From Prevotella sp. (lineage in GTDB: Bacteria > Bacteroidota > Bacteroidia > Bacteroidales > Dysgonomonadaceae), in the NCBI GenBank assembly GCA_031285625.1, contig JAITVV010000095.1, forward strand, positions 192,001-256,000: a stretch of DNA of 64,000 bases, given 5' to 3'. Under the pieces are notes generated by a model. The model saw only the letters and a program-made list of their open reading frames with translations, was not told the origin of the DNA and did not search any database. A program made the translations under genes and the position numbers. This document shows positions 55,729 through 64,000 of this stretch, in pieces; position 1 is the stretch's first letter; each line of letters opens with the position of its first letter.

Positions 55729-57672
55729 TTATTTATCTGCAGTAAGAGCTTCACCTCTGCTCTGGCTTTGAGTGCTGCTATTCATACTACTGTTCCCATC
55801 ATCGGGAAGGAGTATAAGCAGTCGTTGCCCTACTTTAGCCATATTAGACGAAAGTTTGTTCCATGACATGATCTCTTTTTTTGTTACCTTGTAACGGGCA
55901 GCGATCTGTGTAATGGTTTCGCCAATCTTTACTTTATGGTAGATAATCTTAGAATCGTTGGTAATGCGTTCGCGGCTTTCGTCGTCAGAAGTAGATGATA
56001 TTTGCACACGGGGAAGGGTTGACTGGTCGCGTTCTGTCTCTATTTTCTTCAGATAAGTATCGAATAACCCGGCTGTGAAAGTTGGGTCTATTTCTACAGT
56101 TGGCAAAACAGGTTCGCTTAGCTTAACAACTTCTTCTTCCTCAACAGGAACATATTCTGTTTTCAGTATCTTCAGGCTTTTTCCTGCTATCAGGGTATTC
56201 TTCTTCATATTGTTCCATTGCTTGATCTGAGCAACGGTAACCCCGTTCTTTTTGGCTATACCCGGCCATGTATCACCCCTGCGTATTTTATAGTAAGTGG
56301 TAACTGTTTTTGCTTCTGTTTTTGTAGTAGTACCCGATGCCGGACTTGAATTACCGGTATAAGATGCCAGCTGTGCATTGGCTGATTGTTCTTCCGTATT
56401 TTGTTGGGTCTCACGGTATATCTTCAGGCGACGACCAACAGTCAGTCGGTTAGATGACAGTCCGTTCCAGCTTTTTATCTGATTGGATGTAACACCATAT
56501 CTGTTTGCTAACTTAGCCAGCGTATCTCCTTTTCTCACCCTGTGAGTAACCGATTTCCCATTGGAACTGCCTCCGCCTACAACATCCAGTCCTGCTACCT
56601 TGCGATGCGGCATCAGCTCTTCATACTTGTGTGTATAGATTGCTTCGCTATTATCGATAAATGCTGAAAGTTTCTGAATCGGCAGGTTTAGCGCATATCC
56701 TTTATATTCACCGGGGATTATATCGCTCTTAAATTGCGGATTATATTGGCGCAGATCTTCTACCGAGACATTGATAATATCGGCTATCTGCTGAAAGTGC
56801 ACATTCTTATTGATTACCAAGGAATCCATCGATGCCGGATTTGAACATTCTACAGGACATATATTATGATCATTATAGTAGTTCATAATATATGTTGCAG
56901 CAATAAATGCAGGAACATATCCTCTCGTTTCGCGGGGCAGGTATGGATAAATAGCCCAATAGTCGGTTTGCCCGCCACTGCGGCGTATTGCTTTATTTAC
57001 ATTACCCGGTCCGCAGTTGTATGCAGCAATTACCAGATTCCAATCGCCATATATACCATACAGGTCTTTCAGGTATTTGGCTGCTGCATCTGTTGATTTA
57101 GCAGGGTCGCGGCGTTCATCCACAAGGCTGTTGATCTCCAGATCATACATTTTTCCGGTGCTTGCCATAAACTGCCAGAGTCCTGTTGCACCTACCCTTG
57201 AACGGGCTATAGGATTCAGTGCGGATTCTATAACGGGCAGATATTTAAGCTCTAAAGGAATTCCTTCACGGTCAAGCGCTTCTTCGAACAGCGGAAAATA
57301 GTATTTCCCTTCTCCCAGCATATAGCTTACCTGATTGCGCCGGCGTCCGGCATACATTTCTATATAATTACGTACAACCGGATTGAAAACCAGTTCCATT
57401 TTTGTAGGTAATGTATATAAGCGGCGTATATACACCGAGTCTTCGAATGTTACTGCCATATCGTTGGTAGAACGGCAATCGTCACCATATTTCACATCTT
57501 TGCTCCATGTGGATAAGAGCTGGTCGTAGTTTTGTTCCATATCAGCAGGATACACAATCGAATTATCTGTGATTGTATCCCGTACCGATACTTCTCTCTG
57601 ATTATTGGTTTGCCCTGCAATTAGGAGCGAGCAACCAACAAAAAGTCCTGTAAATATTATTTTTTTCAGCAT
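55729..57672 (-). CDS. mltD: MltD-like lytic transglycosylase with three LysM domains
   Basis: IESALNP, GLWQFM, DERRDP, AAYNCG, ETRGYVP; three LysM repeats. Confidence 0.93.
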   Translation of the reverse strand: MLKKIIFTGLFVGCSLLIAGQTNNQREVSVRDTITDNSIVYPADMEQNYDQLLSTWSKDVKYGDDCRSTNDMAVTFEDSVYIRRLYTLPTKMELVFNPVVRNYIEMYAGRRRNQVSYMLGEGKYYFPLFEEALDREGIPLELKYLPVIESALNPIARSRVGATGLWQFMASTGKMYDLEINSLVDERRDPAKSTDAAAKYLKDLYGIYGDWNLVIAAYNCGPGNVNKAIRRSGGQTDYWAIYPYLPRETRGYVPAFIAATYIMNYYNDHNICPVECSNPASMDSLVINKNVHFQQIADIINVSVEDLRQYNPQFKSDIIPGEYKGYALNLPIQKLSAFIDNSEAIYTHKYEELMPHRKVAGLDVVGGGSSNGKSVTHRVRKGDTLAKLANRYGVTSNQIKSWNGLSSNRLTVGRRLKIYRETQQNTEEQSANAQLASYTGNSSPASGTTTKTEAKTVTTYYKIRRGDTWPGIAKKNGVTVAQIKQWNNMKKNTLIAGKSLKILKTEYVPVEEEEVVKLSEPVLPTVEIDPTFTAGLFDTYLKKIETERDQSTLPRVQISSTSDDESRERITNDSKIIYHKVKIGETITQIAARYKVTKKEIMSWNKLSSNMAKVGQRLLILLPDDGNSSMNSSTQSQSRGEALTADK

Positions 57673-57723
57673 ACGTGTCCCCCTTACGGTATTTTACAGA
57701 CTACAAGCGATGAAAGTCTGTAT

Positions 57724-58413
57724 TCAAAAATTTATACTACATTGAAGCCCAAAAGCGGCTTTAGAATAAGAAGTCGGCATCCAGACCATAGGTTGAATTC
57801 TCATAGAGAGGTCCTGCGACATATCAAAATCATATAACTGCGCATCGACATACGCGTCGATCATACATAGGGCATATACTCCCACGCTGGCAATAATTGC
57901 TAAATCGCGATTCCGGCGAAAAAAGTCTTTTTTCTTTTTGAAAGCATCTATCCAGCGTTGCCTGTTAGCACTTACTTCAGCTTCAGTTACCCAGTTGGTA
58001 TAACTATTTCCTGTCCCCAGTACAAGGTCTTTGTATGCCTGGGAATATTCGTTATAGCGTGCTCCATTCCAGGTTATGGCATAAGTCAGCCCCAGCGCAC
58101 CACCAAAAACGATTGGCAGTTTCCAGTATTTACGGTTGTATAACTGACCTAAACCCGGAAATATGGCTGAGTATATTACTGCTTTTTTCGAATCAGGTTT
58201 GAATTCAGACTTTCTAAGCAGAATCGTTGAATCGACAAGAACGATTGGTTCTTCCTGAATCGATGGGTAGATTGTATCACTCTTGATATCCATCTCCACA
58301 GCAGCGTGTCTATCAAGGATTGTAGAATCATTTGGAAGCGGCTCCTGAGCGTTCATACCCAGAAATATATTCCCGAAAACGCAACTCAAACAAATAATCA
58401 ATCCCTTTCTCAT
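57724..58413 (-). CDS. DUF5683 family protein
   Basis: SAIFPGLGQLYNRKYWKLPI, DAYVDAQL.DFD; usual position after parB in Bacteroidetes. Confidence 0.85.
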   Translation of the reverse strand: MRKGLIICLSCVFGNIFLGMNAQEPLPNDSTILDRHAAVEMDIKSDTIYPSIQEEPIVLVDSTILLRKSEFKPDSKKAVIYSAIFPGLGQLYNRKYWKLPIVFGGALGLTYAITWNGARYNEYSQAYKDLVLGTGNSYTNWVTEAEVSANRQRWIDAFKKKKDFFRRNRDLAIIASVGVYALCMIDAYVDAQLYDFDMSQDLSMRIQPMVWMPTSYSKAAFGLQCSINF

Positions 58414-58525
58414 ATAATGAGGTCGCAGACCTATTTATTACTTTTAGTATAGCAACAACAGTTTATCAAAAATAAATATTGTTGCATTAAATCCATTCTG
58501 TTAGTTATACGGAGAATATTCCGTT

Positions 58526-59434
58526 TTATTTTTTCAATTGGTCAAAAATAGCAATAATTCTCTCCAATTCTTCTTCCGACTTGAAAGGAATACTTATTTT
58601 TCCTTTTCCTTGTTCGTTGCAGGTCAATTGTACTTTTGTAGAAAAGAACTTAGACAAATGGGTTTTTAACAGTTCAAATTCTTCCGGAGTGGCTTTCTTT
58701 ACACCGGATTTTTTCACTGTTTCCACTGCTTTTTCTTCTCTCAGCAGGTCTTCCAGCTTCTCACCTTTGGTGATGGCTCTTACATATTCTTCTACTTTAC
58801 GAACCGATAGTCCTTCTTCGAGGATAAGTTCATATACTTCAAGTTGGGCAGTAGGATCGTCCAGAGTTACAATTGTACGTGCATGCGCCATGTCTATCTT
58901 CTTATCCCTGATACCCATCTGTATTTCGGCAGGCAATTTGAGCAGGCGCAGATAATTGGCTATTGTTGTTCTTTTTTTACCGATACGCTCACTAAGACGC
59001 TCTTGGGTAAGGTTGTATGTCTCAATGAGGTTCTGATATGCTAAGGCTATTTCTATAGAGTTGAGGTCTTCGCGTTGAATATTTTCAACCAAGGCCATTT
59101 CCATAACATTCTCGTCCTCTGCTGTTTTAATATAGGCAGGGATTGCTTTCAGATTAGCTAATTGCGAAGCCCTGTAGCGACGTTCACCGGCTATGATCTG
59201 ATATGAATCTTCATTAATCTTACGTAATGTTATTGGCTGGATAACACCAATCTGACGAATAGATGCTGCAAGCTCCTGCAAGGCTTCTTCGTCAAAGAGA
59301 CGTCTCGGCTGATCAGGGTTTGCCTGTATCTTGGACAGTTCTATTTCGTTGATCGAAGACGATCCTTCAGTTTTTACTTCATCAATGGTAATTAAGGCGT
59401 CAAGCCCTCTTCCTAAAACCATTTTTTTAGCCAT
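58526..59434 (-). CDS. parB: ParB partition protein
   Basis: LGRGL.AL, NPDQPR, IAGERRYRA, ENIQREDL, HTH. Confidence 0.97.
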   Translation of the reverse strand: MAKKMVLGRGLDALITIDEVKTEGSSSINEIELSKIQANPDQPRRLFDEEALQELAASIRQIGVIQPITLRKINEDSYQIIAGERRYRASQLANLKAIPAYIKTAEDENVMEMALVENIQREDLNSIEIALAYQNLIETYNLTQERLSERIGKKRTTIANYLRLLKLPAEIQMGIRDKKIDMAHARTIVTLDDPTAQLEVYELILEEGLSVRKVEEYVRAITKGEKLEDLLREEKAVETVKKSGVKKATPEEFELLKTHLSKFFSTKVQLTCNEQGKGKISIPFKSEEELERIIAIFDQLKK

Positions 59435-59469
59435 ATTCGTTTATTATTGTTTATACAGAGACTGCAAAG

Positions 59470-60234
59470 TTAAGAATTTTTCTCAATAAGTTCTTGTGCC
59501 AGTTGCATATGATTGATAGCACCCCTCGATGCAGCATCATAAACAAGTACCGGCTGGGCAAAACTTTGCGACTCACTCAGTTTGATATTACGCTGAATAA
59601 CGGTTGTGAAAACCAATTCCTGAAAATGGCTTTTTACTTCTTCATATATCTGGTTTGCCAGACGCAAGCGTGCATCGTACATGGTGAGCAGGAATCCTTC
59701 AATTTCGAGAGCAGGATTCAGTTTACTCTTTATTATCTTTATCGTATTCAATAATTTGCTGATACCTTCCAATGCAAAGTATTCGCATTGTACAGGTATT
59801 ATTATAGAGTCGGCGGCAGTCAATGCATTTACTGTTATCAGCCCTAACGAGGGGGAGCAGTCGATAAGGATATAATCATATTCTTCTTTCAACGGTGTCA
59901 AAACTCCTCTGAGTTGCTTTTCCCTGTTTTCGATATTCAACATTTCCAGCTCTGCACCTACCAGGTTGATATGGGATGGTATAACGTCAAGTCTTTCTAT
60001 TTCAGTCTTTACAATGGCCTCTTTAGGCAAAGCTGATCCTATAAGACATTCATATATTGTTTTATTTACCTTCTTAATATCAACACCCAGCCCCGAAGAT
60101 GCATTTGCCTGAGGGTCGGCATCTACGACCAATACGGTTTTTTCGAGAGCAGCAAGCGATGCCGCTAAATTTATTGTAGTTGTTGTTTTTCCTACGCCGC
60201 CTTTTTGATTGGCCAATGCTATTATTTTACCCAT
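59470..60234 (-). CDS. parA: ParA/Soj ATPase
   Basis: NQKGGVGKTTT, DADPQANAS, DCSPSLG, PVQCEYFALEG. Confidence 0.98.
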   Translation of the reverse strand: MGKIIALANQKGGVGKTTTTINLAASLAALEKTVLVVDADPQANASSGLGVDIKKVNKTIYECLIGSALPKEAIVKTEIERLDVIPSHINLVGAELEMLNIENREKQLRGVLTPLKEEYDYILIDCSPSLGLITVNALTAADSIIIPVQCEYFALEGISKLLNTIKIIKSKLNPALEIEGFLLTMYDARLRLANQIYEEVKSHFQELVFTTVIQRNIKLSESQSFAQPVLVYDAASRGAINHMQLAQELIEKNS

Positions 60235-60420
60235 AGAAAGTTCAGTGATAATTTTTCCGACGACAAATTAAGTAAATAAAAACAGGAATCTCGTGTTAAA
60301 TTTGTGTAACAAGATATATAATGTTGAAAAGTCGGCGAGATTGTTAATAAATTTTTTATCAATCTGTAGTTGAAAACATTCCTTTGGATGCAACATAAAT
60401 GTTTTAACGACCGATTTGCA

Positions 60421-61056
60421 TTACTTATAATAATACCACCAGTTTCCTTGAAAATCTTTGTCAAAAATCTCTTTGCTATCAAGATAGAAAATAAAATTCT
60501 CACGGGTGAAGTAATTAAACTCATCATACTTTTTCACCAGAGTAAACAGTTCTTCCTTTAGCAATTCTTTCGTTCCATCGGCTAAGGCTCTTTTTCTTTG
60601 TTCTTCTGTATATACAAAGGCTGAAATGTAAAGATATTTTGCAACTTTCCAAATATTCTTATCCTGGTATCTTTCTACAAATAAGTCGATCTCATCAGCA
60701 GGAATACTGTCCAGCACGTCATGCTTTGCCTCTGGTTCAAAAGCGCTGAACACGACCCGGATATCTTTTTCGGAATATTCTCCCGATCGGACTTCATCCA
60801 GAAAGAAAGAAGCAATGGCCTGTTGCTTCCGGCTATCGAAAGACCCGCCTTTGAGTTCAAACATTTTGGCCTCTTTCTCGAACTCAAAAATAATTTTGAG
60901 GGTTGTATCCTGATAAACGATGTTCAGCGGTTTCACATTATACGTTTGGTGGATCCGTTTGGCAAGGGGGATAAACTCTTGCTTTATGCTTGATCTTCCT
61001 TGTCTGATTTTCTTTGTAAGTTGGTGTATTTTATCATCAAAAAAAGCCATACTCAA
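60421..61056 (-). CDS. Hypothetical protein (immunity-like)
   Basis: 211 aa ending DSKE.FD..FQGNWWYYYK; ATGA overlap with the upstream gene. Confidence 0.65.
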   Translation of the reverse strand: MSMAFFDDKIHQLTKKIRQGRSSIKQEFIPLAKRIHQTYNVKPLNIVYQDTTLKIIFEFEKEAKMFELKGGSFDSRKQQAIASFFLDEVRSGEYSEKDIRVVFSAFEPEAKHDVLDSIPADEIDLFVERYQDKNIWKVAKYLYISAFVYTEEQRKRALADGTKELLKEELFTLVKKYDEFNYFTRENFIFYLDSKEIFDKDFQGNWWYYYK

Positions 61057-61379
61057 TCCTTTTTTGTCATTTCGTCGAGTACGTGTTGCCAGTTATATTC
61101 CTTCAGGTGTTCACCAAAAGCTTCTTTCGCAATATCAAGTATACATTTATCCAGTTTTATATCTGTCTCATACAGATTGCTTACAGTATTTTCGAGGGCA
61201 ATCAGCCATTCGTTATAGTCCAGATAATACCGGGCATCCTTTACCAGAAGGTTAAGATAATCTTTCATCGATACAACCTTGTTTACAAGCTGATAAGACA
61301 GAACTTTATCCTGTGCTTCTTCACTTTGTGCTACCTGTTCGAGCCGGTCAATAAATTGTGTGGTAAGCTTTGTATTCAT
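61053..61379 (-). CDS. MafI-like immunity protein
   Basis: Y...NEW.IALE....NLYE.DI.L resembles the MafI family (recalled from memory). Confidence 0.55.
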   Translation of the reverse strand: MNTKLTTQFIDRLEQVAQSEEAQDKVLSYQLVNKVVSMKDYLNLLVKDARYYLDYNEWLIALENTVSNLYETDIKLDKCILDIAKEAFGEHLKEYNWQHVLDEMTKKD

Positions 61380-62338
61380 ATCTCAATATCTTTAGGGTAC
61401 TTACTCAAAACTGTATGTAGTCTCTCTTCTGCGTCTCTGTTCATCTTACCGATTTTGATCTCCACATTCTTTAATGTTTTCAGAGTTAACAAAGGAGAAA
61501 AGTCGATTTTGTTTTTGTGCAGGTGCTCTCCACAATGCGAATAAGTCTCTAGGGCTGTGAGGTTTTCAATTCCGATGACAGACTCCAGACTGTTTAATGA
61601 CCACAGGTAGAGACTTTTCAGATGGGATTTATTTTTTATAAAGGTAAAATCTGTTATCCCCTTGGTATAAGATATCGACAAGGCATTCAACTGCGGAAGA
61701 AGAAAAATAGGCGACAGTATATCCTGATTTTCTATTTTTATATTATTTATCAGTATTTTTTTAAGGGAGGTTATAGTTTCTATACCCTGCAGGCTGCTTA
61801 TCTTATGGTCATATAATTTTAGAAATTCCAGGTTTTCCAATACTGCAAGTGAAGCTAGGTCTTCAAAGCCGGAATATGGGCAAAATACTTTTAGTTTATC
61901 AAAGTTTAGCTGTAACGATTTTTTCGTGAATTTTCCTGTCAGGTATAGCTGTTCAAGATTGGTCAGCCCATTGAGATATGTCAGGTCGGCTGTTTTCTTT
62001 GTATTTTGCAGATCGAGATTTAAAACCTTTAACGACGATAACCGGCTTATAGGGCTAATATCAAATGAGCCCCTGATCTCATCTATTTCCAATTCTTCCA
62101 GATCAGGAAAATAAGATAGGAAATCGAGATCCTGCAGAGTTGAATAATTAATATGTAATTTCTTAATATTCTTCAGCCCTTTCAGAAAGGTAAAATCATT
62201 ATTATCTTCTTCGAACCAATAAAGACGGAATGGCTTTTCAGGATTTTCCTCAAAGTATTTATTTAATTCCTTCACCTCCTCTTTTGTCAGAGGGGTTCCG
62301 CCTAACTGAACTTTATCTGTAAAGTAATGTATTGCCAT
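61376..62338 (-). CDS. Leucine-rich repeat protein
   Basis: Repeated L..L..L..L.L units (LKNIKKLHI, FPDLEELEI, LTNLEQLYL and others). Confidence 0.85.
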   Translation of the reverse strand: MAIHYFTDKVQLGGTPLTKEEVKELNKYFEENPEKPFRLYWFEEDNNDFTFLKGLKNIKKLHINYSTLQDLDFLSYFPDLEELEIDEIRGSFDISPISRLSSLKVLNLDLQNTKKTADLTYLNGLTNLEQLYLTGKFTKKSLQLNFDKLKVFCPYSGFEDLASLAVLENLEFLKLYDHKISSLQGIETITSLKKILINNIKIENQDILSPIFLLPQLNALSISYTKGITDFTFIKNKSHLKSLYLWSLNSLESVIGIENLTALETYSHCGEHLHKNKIDFSPLLTLKTLKNVEIKIGKMNRDAEERLHTVLSKYPKDIEI

Positions 62339-62364
62339 AAAATTTGCACGTTAAGACTTATAGG

Positions 62365-62736
62365 TTAAATATTTCGTCCCCACAGTATAAATCGCTGATT
62401 GTCTGCGCAAGCCATTGATTTTATAACATTCTCGAAATTGAATCCGTTATACTTTGATACAATATCATATACTTCATCAAAACCGTTTGCCCCCTGAGGT
62501 ATCAGGCAACCTCCTTTTTCCCCTACCAGGGCAAGAAAGACATCAGGCAATAGCGGGCCATCATCGGTATTGATAAGCCAGATCTCATTAATCTCTTCCC
62601 AACAAATCGATTCTGTGGCACGCCTGGGATGTTCTACTTTCACATATTCGTCTGTGATGGTGACCAGATATGCATCTTCCGGATTTTTAGGACTTTTATT
62701 TTCTTTCGAAAAGATCTTTTTCAACCAGCTAAACAT
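62365..62736 (-). CDS. Hypothetical protein
   Basis: 123 aa; MFSWLKKIF N-terminus; W.EI..I...TDDGP...DVF motif. Confidence 0.7.
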   Translation of the reverse strand: MFSWLKKIFSKENKSPKNPEDAYLVTITDEYVKVEHPRRATESICWEEINEIWLINTDDGPLLPDVFLALVGEKGGCLIPQGANGFDEVYDIVSKYNGFNFENVIKSMACADNQRFILWGRNI

Positions 62737-62756
62737 AATAAATCCAGTTTATCGTT

Positions 62757-64000
62757 TTACATATATTCACTTAGTTCCATCCAGCGCATTGTTTTTTCAT
62801 CTATTTCATCCATCAGTTCACTTATGCGGTTCGACTTTGCCAACAGGTCATCTGAAGATAATATGCCGCTGGATAATTCATTTTCAAGTATCGATTTTTC
62901 TTCTTCCAGTTTTGGTATCAGAGCATCCAGTTCTTCAAACTCACGTTTCTCTTTGAATGAAAGCTTTTTCTTTTCCTCCGGTTTTGATTGTACAACTTGT
63001 GGTTTTTCTTCTTTGGGTCTGGCTACCTGTATTTTCTCTTTTTCCAGAGAGTCCTGCACCTCTTTCCACTCCCTGTATTCAGTATAGTTGCCCGGGAAAT
63101 CTTTTATCTGGGCATTTCCCTGAAAAGCAAGCAGATGGTCCACTACCTTATCCATAAAGTAGCGGTCATGCGATACCACAATCACACAACCTTTGAATTG
63201 CTGCAGATACTCTTCGAGTATATTTAGTGTTACAATATCGAGATCGTTGGTAGGCTCGTCCAGTACAAGAAAGTTAGGATTGGTGATCAGCACCGTACAG
63301 AGGTAGAGTCGGCGTTTCTCACCACCCGATAGCTTGTACACAAAGTTATGCTGTTTCTCTGGCGGAAAGAGGAAATGTTGCAGAAACTGCGATGCTGTAA
63401 GACGGCTTCCATTCCCCAGGTCTATAACTTCTGCAATATTCTGTATCACATCGAGCACCTTCATCTGTTCGTCAAACTTCAGCCCATCCTGGCTGTAATA
63501 CCCGAATTTTACGGTTTCGCCAATATCAAAGTCTCCTTTGTCGGGGGCTACTTCACCCATCAGCATTTTTATGAAGGTCGATTTTCCGGTACCGTTATTA
63601 CCTACTATACCCAGTTTTTCGTAGCGGGCAAATACATAATTAAAATCTTCGAGTATCTTAATATCGCCAAAGGCTTTATATACATGTTCGGCTTCGAAAA
63701 TCTTGTTACCGATGTATGCCCCTTTCATTTGTAGCTGTACATTGCCTGCATCGCGCACCTGTTTGGCTTTTTTCTCCAGATCATAAAATGCATCAATTCG
63801 CGATTTGACTTTTGTTGCCCGTGCCTGAGGCTGGCGGCGCATCCATTCCAATTCTTTGCGCAACAGGTTGTTTGCCCTGTCCAGTTCTGCATTTTGTGCG
63901 CTGATACGTTCATCCCTTTTCTCAAGATAGTAAGAATAGTTACCTTTATATTGATAGAGTTGCTGCTGATCTATTTCGATAATTTCATTGCACACCCTGT
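62757..64000 (-). CDS. ABC-F family ATPase (Uup-like), 5' end outside the window
   Basis: GNNGTGKST, LSGGEKRRL, LDEPTNDLD, VSHDRYF, C-terminal KKLSFKEKRE..RWMEL coiled coil. Confidence 0.93.
   Translation of the reverse strand, partial: RVCNEIIEIDQQQLYQYKGNYSYYLEKRDERISAQNAELDRANNLLRKELEWMRRQPQARATKVKSRIDAFYDLEKKAKQVRDAGNVQLQMKGAYIGNKIFEAEHVYKAFGDIKILEDFNYVFARYEKLGIVGNNGTGKSTFIKMLMGEVAPDKGDFDIGETVKFGYYSQDGLKFDEQMKVLDVIQNIAEVIDLGNGSRLTASQFLQHFLFPPEKQHNFVYKLSGGEKRRLYLCTVLITNPNFLVLDEPTNDLDIVTLNILEEYLQQFKGCVIVVSHDRYFMDKVVDHLLAFQGNAQIKDFPGNYTEYREWKEVQDSLEKEKIQVARPKEEKPQVVQSKPEEKKKLSFKEKREFEELDALIPKLEEEKSILENELSSGILSSDDLLAKSNRISELMDEIDEKTMRWMELSEYM

Noticed and set aside
58526-60234. parAB as evidence of a plasmid or prophage
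   Set aside because: parA-parB-DUF5683-mltD-rel is the normal Bacteroidetes chromosomal order.

Overview
Chromosomal window from a Bacteroidales bacterium; gene content and TAnnTTTG promoters suggest a Dysgonomonas-like organism (inference). The left end is a polysaccharide utilization locus: hybrid two-component sensor, SusC, SusD, GH43 and a truncated Asp-box/GH93-like hydrolase. It is followed by a C10 peptidase with two paralogous lipoproteins. The housekeeping backbone (murI, lptB, ilvE, def-like, PBP1a, priA, rimP-nusA-infB, rel, mltD, parAB, ABC-F) is interrupted by small accessory insertions. Best candidates for a second look: an AT-rich HigB/RelE-like toxin, HTH antitoxin and SecB-like chaperone (TAC) islet beside tRNA-Arg(CCT); a lone BACON plus cholesterol-dependent-cytolysin-like lipoprotein; a four-gene orphan immunity-like array; a peptide deformylase with a lipoprotein signal; a candidate sRNA with CTTTACA repeats; a 6S-Flavo-like RNA; and a five-copy REP-like palindrome family with compensatory stem changes, one copy nested in a MITE-like shell. 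All family calls come from motif recognition by eye; no searches were run.
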